1,098 bases of DNA from Naegleria gruberi (taxonomy: Eukaryota). The notes beneath the pieces were generated by a model. The model was not told where the DNA came from. It searched no databases and was given only the letters and a program-made list of their open reading frames with translations. Positions 1-1,098 of the stretch are shown piece by piece. The stretch is from assembly GCA_000004985.1 (NCBI GenBank), contig GG739563.1. One strand, given 5' to 3'. Every line of letters begins with the position of its first letter. The first letter of the stretch is position 1. The translations under genes were made by a program, and so were the position numbers.

Positions 1-20
1 GTTCCAAAATTTTTTCCAGG

Positions 21-74
21 CCTCCTAAAAAAAATACGAAATTGTTTATATGACACAACAGGTCCATAAGTCAC
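21..74 (-). promoter_or_regulatory. Possible minus-strand promoter plus RBS for a gene running leftward off the window
   Basis: On the minus strand, AGGAGG (reverse complement of 21-26) is a consensus Shine-Dalgarno sequence. A -10-like TATAAA (reverse complement of 45-50) lies 18 bp below a -35-like GTGACT (reverse complement of 69-74). No ATG lies within the window; the only candidate start is TTG (reverse complement of 5-7), 13 nt after the SD. Confidence 0.25.
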
Positions 75-117
75 CCTAAAAAAGTCGTGAAAAATGAATA
101 CCCCTGTTGTGTCATAT
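48..117. repeat. Perfect 15-bp inverted repeat ATATGACACAACAGG ... CCTGTTGTGTCATAT with a 40-nt spacer
   Basis: 48-62 is the exact reverse complement of 103-117. It is followed by TTTT (118-120). Candidate operator, cruciform or structured-RNA stem. Confidence 0.7.
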
Positions 118-131
118 TTTGATATTTATTT

Positions 132-191
132 TCGCCTGAATCGCAAGTTACGAAGTAAATGACAACTCCCGAACGGCTGCGATTCAGACGA
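132..191. repeat. Long imperfect inverted repeat or hairpin: inverted half-motif GCCTGAATCGC (134-144) pairs with GCGATTCAG of the 18-mer at 179-187
   Basis: Stem is 132-145 against 178-191, 13 of 14 positions paired (10 contiguous, 136-145 with 178-187), around a 32-nt loop. The reverse complement of 134-144 is gcgattcaggc, identical to 557-567. Confidence 0.6.
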
Positions 192-196
192 TTCCG
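163..196 (+). repeat. 34-bp motif CAACTCCCGAACGGCTGCGATTCAGACGRTTCCG, copy 1 (lies outside the 373-bp repeat)
   Basis: Identical to 461-494 and 834-867 except A191 against G489/G862. Confidence 0.9.
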
Positions 197-258
197 ATGT
201 ACGAACTACTTCTCAACAGTTCCGAAAATAGACAACCATGAAGTCAGAGACCCGAAGT

Positions 259-285
259 GCATGTTTTTGGGTTTTTGAAACATGC
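259..285. repeat. Inverted repeat GCATGTTT ... AAACATGC (8 bp, 11-nt spacer) at the left boundary of the tandem repeat
   Basis: 259-266 is the reverse complement of 278-285. At the unit1/unit2 junction the half-sites are adjacent, forming the palindrome ATGTTTgAAACAT at 644-656. Confidence 0.55.
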
Positions 286-326
286 TCAAAAATCAATTTC
301 TATAAAATAAAATCTTTACAAAAGGT

Positions 327-353
327 TATATAGATAATAGATAGATATATATT
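327..353. repeat. Simple-sequence tract (TATAGATAATAGATAGATATATAT) inside a block that is about 80 bp and over 85% AT; a second copy lies at 700-726
   Basis: ATAGA recurs at 330, 337 and 341. The flanking sequence 288-365 is almost entirely A/T. Confidence 0.7.
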
Positions 354-368
354 CATAAAAATCATTGT

Positions 369-395
369 CAACTTTTGAACGGCTGGGTTCTAGCC
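369..395 (+). repeat. Diverged relative of the 34-bp motif (CAACTtttGAACGGCTGgGtTCtAGcc); a second copy lies at 742-768
   Basis: Shares the core CAACTYYYGAACGGCTG (14 of 17 positions) with 163/461/834. The downstream half resembles CGATTCAG with a 1-nt indel. Confidence 0.6.
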
Positions 396-400
396 ATTTT

Positions 401-409
401 TGATATAAT
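401..409 (+). promoter_or_regulatory. Extended -10 element TGaTATAAT (perfect TGnTATAAT); a second copy lies at 774-782
   Basis: Exact match to the extended -10 consensus. No good -35 upstream, which extended -10 promoters can tolerate. The sequence context is AT-rich, so chance matches are possible. Confidence 0.4.
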
Positions 410-415
410 AGTTAT

Positions 416-443
416 TTGACTATACAATGATATATAATAATAT
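416..443 (+). promoter_or_regulatory. Alternative sigma-A-like promoter: TTGACT (416-421), 16-bp spacer, TAATAT (438-443); a second copy lies at 789-816
   Basis: 5 of 6 match at -35, 4 of 6 at -10 with the key A2 and T6 present. Predicted transcription start near 450. Confidence 0.3.
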
Positions 444-460
444 CAATTTTTTGAGGTACC

Positions 461-494
461 CAACTCCCGAACGGCTGCGATTCAGACGGTTCCG
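461..494 (+). repeat. 34-bp motif copy 2 (inside repeat unit 1)
   Basis: 33/34 identity with 163-196. Contains the 18-mer GCGATTCAGACGGTTCCG at 477-494. Confidence 0.9.
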
Positions 495-548
495 TAATTG
501 CATAATCAATGAATGTATCGCGTAGCTAACGTTTTCACAAATAGAAGT

Positions 549-557
549 GAAGGAGGG
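549..557 (+). promoter_or_regulatory. Shine-Dalgarno-like GAAGGAGGG with no substantial ORF downstream; a second copy lies at 922-930
   Basis: Core AGGAGG at 551-556. The only in-frame start nearby overlaps the SD itself: GTG at 547-549 in unit 1 and ATG at 920-922 in unit 2. It opens a 10-codon ORF, MKEGDSGDSD, that ends at TAA 577-579 (950-952 in unit 2). Confidence 0.35.
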
Positions 558-574
558 CGATTCAGGCGATTCCG
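557..574 (+). promoter_or_regulatory. 18-bp element of two tandem 9-mers GCGATTCAG-GCGATTCCG (candidate protein-binding direct-repeat site or iteron); a second copy lies at 930-947
   Basis: Same 18-mer architecture as 179-196 (GCGATTCAG-ACGATTCCG) and 477-494/850-867 (GCGATTCAG-ACGGTTCCG). The 9-bp internal period holds in every copy. Confidence 0.45.
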
Positions 575-617
575 ATTAAGAGACCGGTGTCCATAGATTT
601 AATTTGATTATAAATAT

Positions 618-643
618 AGTGACTTTCGGAATTCACTTTTTTT
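618..643 (+). terminator. Weak intrinsic-terminator-like hairpin plus T7 run at the end of repeat unit 1; a second copy lies at 991-1016
   Basis: AGTGA (618-622) pairs with TCACT (633-637) around a 10-nt loop, followed by TTTTTTT (637-643). The stem is only 5 bp with 2 GC pairs, so terminator strength is doubtful. Confidence 0.3.
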
Positions 644-833
644 ATGTTTGAAACATGCTCAAAAATCAATTTCTATAAAATAAAATCTTTACAAAAGGTT
701 ATATAGATAATAGATAGATATATATTCATAAAAATCATTGTCAACTTTTGAACGGCTGGGTTCTAGCCATTTTTGATATAATAGTTATTTGACTATACAA
801 TGATATATAATAATATCAATTTTTTGAGGTACC

Positions 834-867
834 CAACTCCCGAACGGCTGCGATTCAGACGGTTCCG
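834..867 (+). repeat. 34-bp motif copy 3 (inside repeat unit 2)
   Basis: Identical to 461-494 (+373). Confidence 0.9.
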
Positions 868-909
868 TAATTGCATAATCAATGAATGTATCGCGTAGCT
901 AACGTTTTC

Positions 910-920
910 AAAAAAAAAAA
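910..920. repeat. A11 homopolymer tract, present only in repeat unit 2
   Basis: Unit 1 has acaaatagaagt at the homologous position 537-548. Four point differences, all to A, separate the two copies. Confidence 0.9.
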
Positions 921-1020
921 TGAAGGAGGGCGATTCAGGCGATTCCGATTAAGAGACCGGTGTCCATAGATTTAATTTGATTATAAATATAGTGACTTTC
1001 GGAATTCACTTTTTTTACAT

Positions 1021-1038
1021 TCGATTTAGACGATTTAA
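1021..1038 (+). promoter_or_regulatory. Degenerate sixth copy of the 18-mer (TCGATTTAG-ACGATTTAA), 6 bp upstream of TATAAT at 1045-1050
   Basis: CGATT at 1022 and 1031 keeps the 9-bp phasing. The same 6-bp gap separates the 18-mer at 477-494 from the -10-like CATAAT at 501-506 (and 850-867 from 874-879). Confidence 0.35.
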
Positions 1039-1044
1039 TGGTAG

Positions 1045-1050
1045 TATAAT
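1045..1050 (+). promoter_or_regulatory. TATAAT -10 hexamer upstream of the terminal ORF
   Basis: Consensus -10 hexamer. The -35 region (1021-1027) matches poorly and is occupied by the degenerate 18-mer. ATG lies 18 nt downstream. Confidence 0.35.
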
Positions 1051-1068
1051 TGAGTATACAGGTCTATT

Positions 1069-1098
1069 ATGAAGAATATATTGGGTAGAAACGGGTTA
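1069..1098 (+). CDS. Possible 5' end of an ORF (MKNILGRNGL...), truncated by the window edge
   Basis: ATG at 1069-1071 with a weak AGG (1060-1062) 6 nt upstream. Only 10 codons are visible, so the product cannot be assigned. Confidence 0.25.
   Translation, partial: MKNILGRNGL

Larger units (their letters stand above)
274..646. repeat. Tandem direct repeat unit 1 (373-bp period)
   Basis: Positions 274-644 match 647-1017 base for base except four substitutions (538, 542, 544, 547 against 911, 915, 917, 920). Read by eye: 'tttgaaacatgctcaaaaatcaatttc...' recurs at an offset of +373. Confidence 0.95.
647..1019. repeat. Tandem direct repeat unit 2 (matches unit 1 through 1017; the flank diverges from 1018)
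   Basis: Same as above. Unit 2 carries an A11 tract (910-920) where unit 1 has 'acaaatagaagt'. Confidence 0.95.

Noticed and set aside
6-36. Bidirectional terminator-like quasi-palindrome AAAATTTTTTCCAGGCCTCCTAAAAAAAAT
   Set aside because: The central AGGCCT is a 6-bp palindrome with no loop. The flanking CC/CC do not pair, and only A/T runs would pair, so there is no GC-rich stem. The CCTCCT is better explained as a minus-strand Shine-Dalgarno sequence.
158-277. 39-codon plus-strand ORF (MTTPERLRFRRFRCTNYFSTVPKIDNHEVRDPKCMFLGF), the 32-codon ORF at 427-525 and the 22-codon ORF at 94-162
   Set aside because: None has an SD at proper spacing. They read straight through the repeated DNA motifs, and the 94-162 frame starts inside the loop of the 15-bp inverted repeat. 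Arg/Phe-rich low-complexity translation is what a GATTCAGACGATTCCG-type nucleotide repeat yields in any frame, so this is most likely non-coding.
382-395. tRNA T-arm-like hairpin GGCT-GGGTTCT-AGCC
   Set aside because: The loop does not match the T-loop consensus TTCRANY, the stem is only 4 bp, and no acceptor, D or anticodon arms could be assembled around it.
399-409. Rolling-circle plasmid double-strand-origin nick motif (pC194/phiX-type CTTGATA) at TTTGATATAAT
   Set aside because: Only a partial match (TTGATA) in extremely AT-rich sequence. No adjacent Rep-binding inverted repeat was recognised and there is no rep gene in the window. It is also explained as an extended -10 element.
519-537. 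Integron attC-like core (GCTAAC ... GTT) or DnaA boxes
   Set aside because: No matching inverse-core/core pair with the required imperfect palindrome. No TTATCCACA-like 9-mer exists anywhere in the window on either strand.
220-631. Long-range 8-bp inverted repeat TTCCGAAA (220-227) / TTTCGGAA (624-631)
   Set aside because: Only 8 bp and about 400 bp apart. It is expected given the enrichment of TTCCG-containing motifs and is not evidence of a specific structure on its own.
450-643. Known riboswitch or T-box leader
   Set aside because: No T-box motif (AATTAGGGTGGNACCGCG-like) or other conserved riboswitch cores that I recall from memory. A covariance-model search is needed before excluding this.
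274-1019. CRISPR array
   Set aside because: The repeats are 373 bp long and there are only two. The short motif copies are irregularly spaced (298, 80, 293, 80 bp) with non-unique sequence between them. There is no repeat-spacer periodicity of 25-50 bp.

Overview
This is an AT-rich window that looks almost entirely non-coding. Neither strand has an open frame longer than about 40 codons anywhere in the ~1.07 kb before position 1069. The dominant structure is a head-to-tail tandem duplication with a 373-bp period (274-646 and 647-1019), identical apart from four substitutions clustered in 11 bp. All four substitutions go to A and turn 'cAAAtAgAAgT' into an 11-nt A-tract in copy 2.

A nested family of shorter motifs sits inside and around the repeat. 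One is a 34-bp element, CAACTCCCGAACGGCTGCGATTCAGACGRTTCCG, with three near-identical copies and two diverged ones. Its 3' half is an 18-bp element made of two tandem 9-mers, GCGATTCAG-RCGRTTCCG. That 18-mer occurs five times intact, once in degenerate form next to a downstream -10 hexamer, and once as an inverted half-copy that can pair with an intact copy to form a long hairpin.

Each 373-bp unit also carries a very AT-rich block with GATA/ATAGAT simple-sequence repeats, a perfect extended -10 (TGaTATAAT), a consensus-strength Shine-Dalgarno-like GAAGGAGGG with no sizeable ORF after it, and a weak hairpin followed by seven T's exactly at the unit boundary.

Upstream of the repeats there is a perfect 15-bp inverted repeat with a 40-nt spacer. 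Downstream, a TATAAT box precedes what looks like the 5' end of a plus-strand ORF (ATG at 1069) that runs off the window.

My best reading is a regulatory or replication-type intergenic region, or a tandem pair of small non-coding RNA genes, built from repeated protein-binding half-sites. No known family was recognised from memory, and every functional call below is inferred from sequence alone.
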